Notes under the pieces: generated by a model
What the model was told of the DNA's origin: nothing
What the model saw: only the letters and a program-made list of their open reading frames with translations
Databases searched by the model: none
In this document: piece after piece, positions 62,567 through 64,000 of the stretch
Numbering within the stretch: the first letter of the stretch is position 1
Layout of the letters: each line of letters begins with the position of its first letter
Sequence record: OR352955.1
From: Escherichia phage AV125
DNA length: 64,000 nt
Strand: one strand, 5' to 3'
Made by a program: the position numbers and the translations under genes

Positions 62567-62893
62567 TTACCAGACATGTTGAGAAATAATAGTTTCCGTT
62601 TTAATGTTATATTTTTCAAGTAGCTTTGCATAGGCTTCTTTTGCATTCTCATTCAATTGCTCAAGATCTACAGCTATGCTTCCTTCTCCGCCTTCTAAAT
62701 CAAGGCCATATATGCAATAAGACTCATCCGCATCGTAGAAAGGAGAGATGCGGCTTAAGTCAAGACCTTCTTGTAAGAACCAGTTAAAATCTCCGTCAAA
62801 TTCTTCTTCAATTCTAGGATCTTCTCCTACAGCCTCTTCCCACTTATTTAAAGGTGCACCCTGTAACATACGCCATTCGATATCAATACCCAT
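62567..62893 (-). CDS. hypothetical acidic protein (108 aa)
   Basis: ORF track. Confidence 0.5.
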   Translation of the reverse strand: MGIDIEWRMLQGAPLNKWEEAVGEDPRIEEEFDGDFNWFLQEGLDLSRISPFYDADESYCIYGLDLEGGEGSIAVDLEQLNENAKEAYAKLLEKYNIKTETIISQHVW

Positions 62894-63047
62894 TTTTCAT
62901 CTCCTCCTCTTCTTGAGCAGCTTTAATAATTGCTTCATAAATATCGTAAGCAATGCCTCCACAACATCTAGCTTCGAAAGCTATTGCTTCTGCAATGTGA
63001 TCTGTTAATTCTCGTGGAATGCGAACATACTCTTTTTCACTCTCCAT
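62883..63047 (-). CDS. small hypothetical protein (54 aa)
   Basis: Own translation MESEKEYVRIPRELTDHIAEAIAFEARCCGGIAYDIYEAIIKAAQEEEEMKNGY after GGAGG. Confidence 0.35.
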   Translation of the reverse strand: MESEKEYVRIPRELTDHIAEAIAFEARCCGGIAYDIYEAIIKAAQEEEEMKNGY

Positions 63048-63189
63048 CTTCTACCTCCAACCCTTCTTTTTCAAAGACTACTACTCGTCCCTCACCATGA
63101 CAATTCAGGCAAGGAAATGTTACCATAATTTCCACTTCCATCTGTCCCGTCCCACCGCACACAGGACAAAAAATAAGTTTTTCAGCCAC
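63037..63189 (-). CDS. small zinc-ribbon protein (50 aa, GTG start)
   Basis: Own translation (V)AEKLIFCPVCGGTGQMEVEIMVTFPCLNCHGEGRVVVFEKEGLEVEDGE after GGAGGAATA; CxxC...CxxC. Confidence 0.35.
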   Translation of the reverse strand: MAEKLIFCPVCGGTGQMEVEIMVTFPCLNCHGEGRVVVFEKEGLEVEDGE

Positions 63190-63398
63190 TATTCCTCCTT
63201 AATTATTTCAAATTTGGCAACACCATTTACAATAATATGACCACAAGACATAACTCCTAGCCAAGGATCGCCGTTTTTCTTCAGGCGTTTACCGAATACA
63301 TCACAAAAACCATTCTTCATTTCAGAGGCTTCATAAGAAACCCCTTTATCAAAAACGTCTTTGAATGTGTCGATTATACCAACACATTTCAAAATCAT
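63189..63398 (-). CDS. hypothetical protein (69 aa)
   Basis: ORF track; stop overlaps downstream start. Confidence 0.45.
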   Translation of the reverse strand: MILKCVGIIDTFKDVFDKGVSYEASEMKNGFCDVFGKRLKKNGDPWLGVMSCGHIIVNGVAKFEIIKEE

Positions 63399-64000
63399 TC
63401 GAAGTCAAGCTCCTCATCATCAGAGAGATCTTTGTTAGCTGAATTCAATTTGTAGTTAGTTAACTGAATCTCTTGGGCTGCTGACTGAATCAAATCAGGA
63501 TTCAACCATTTTTCCATCCAAGCTAAAGGGCTATGTTTAGGTGCTTTAAACTTGGCTTTCATTTTCAATCGACGATAAATAGGAGCAGCATTGAAATAAA
63601 CCCACTGTTTAGACAATTCGGCGTTAAGACCTACAATAAAACGACCTTCACTAAACAGGTAGTCACACCACTGTTCCTCTTGTTCAACAACAGTGTCAAG
63701 AATCAAAGTCAACTCTTCAATGTTGTCTTCGTAAATTTTACGCCAAATTGGGTCATGCATCAATGCATCAATTACAGCATAATCCATCTTAACATGCAAG
63801 ATTTCATCTAGCATAATTTTCTGGATCAGTTTACAAGCTCCAACAAACAGTTGTTGTTCTGCCATAGCAAAAGTAGCAGAGAAGGAGGATATAAACTGAA
63901 TACCTTCTAACCCAATCAGGGCTACCATCCCTTTAAGAATCAGCAGTCGAAGTTCATCGTTAGCTTCAATCAATCCTAGAGCATACTTATGACCAGCTTC
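63395..64000 (-). CDS. nrdB: ribonucleotide reductase small subunit (class I RNR beta), C-terminal part; gene continues beyond window end
   Basis: Frame open to 64000 (track start 63973 is an internal TTG); LEGIQFISSFSATFAMAE...DYLFSEGRFIVGLN...NYKLNS...DDEELDFE parallels NrdB C-terminal half as remembered. Confidence 0.75.
   Translation of the reverse strand, partial: EAGHKYALGLIEANDELRLLILKGMVALIGLEGIQFISSFSATFAMAEQQLFVGACKLIQKIMLDEILHVKMDYAVIDALMHDPIWRKIYEDNIEELTLILDTVVEQEEQWCDYLFSEGRFIVGLNAELSKQWVYFNAAPIYRRLKMKAKFKAPKHSPLAWMEKWLNPDLIQSAAQEIQLTNYKLNSANKDLSDDEELDFE

Noticed and set aside
1-64000. tRNA or other structured RNA genes
   Set aside because: Scanning for T-loop (GGTTCGAATCC-like) and acceptor-stem patterns in the noncoding regions found nothing convincing; a proper tRNA scan was not possible here.
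1-64000. Assigning the window to a specific phage genus (for example T4-type)
   Set aside because: nrdD, nrdB, lysozyme and glutaredoxin resemble T4 proteins, but gene order differs and no structural genes are present in the window; identity left open.

Overview
This 64 kb window reads as a densely coding segment of a large tailed bacteriophage whose host uses sigma70-type promoters (TTGACA -35 boxes) and AGGAG-type ribosome-binding sites; the phage identity is not established from this window. Genes lie in three orientation blocks: minus strand 1-9682, plus strand 9797-45883, minus strand 45953-64000, with divergent promoters near 9.7 kb and a bidirectional terminator near 45.94 kb. Recognisable genes are mostly nucleotide and DNA metabolism: nrdD (N-terminal part, runs off the left edge), a MazG-like pyrophosphohydrolase, a UvrD-like helicase, an AAA ATPase, a NADAR-family protein, a Sir2-like protein, two small DNA methyltransferases, a Pol-beta-type nucleotidyltransferase, a DprA/Smf-like protein, a Ser/Thr phosphatase, an HslV-like peptidase, PhoH, a T4-type lysozyme, a glutaredoxin, a complete dTDP-L-rhamnose pathway (rmlB, rmlA, rmlC, rmlD) and nrdB (runs off the right edge). 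The most unusual structures are: (i) an array of about 30 small plus-strand genes (17.2-26.9 kb), most preceded by a near-identical promoter plus GC-rich leader stem-loop cassette; (ii) a seven-member paralogous protein family scattered over 28.4-41.5 kb, plus three smaller paralog sets; (iii) two noncoding regions flanking the early array (16.0-17.3 kb and 26.9-28.5 kb) carrying AT-rich direct repeats, inverted repeats built on the half-site ATGAGAA/TTCTCAT, a GC-rich insert with an antisense promoter and small ORF, an A/C-skewed tract and a 128-bp inverted-repeat-flanked element; (iv) a ~60 bp element repeated at 8.26 kb and 42.55 kb. No tRNA, rRNA or CRISPR array was found. All functional calls rest on motif recognition and remembered sequences without database searches, and many ORF starts were moved from the track's most-upstream ATG/GTG/TTG to a downstream start with a ribosome-binding site.
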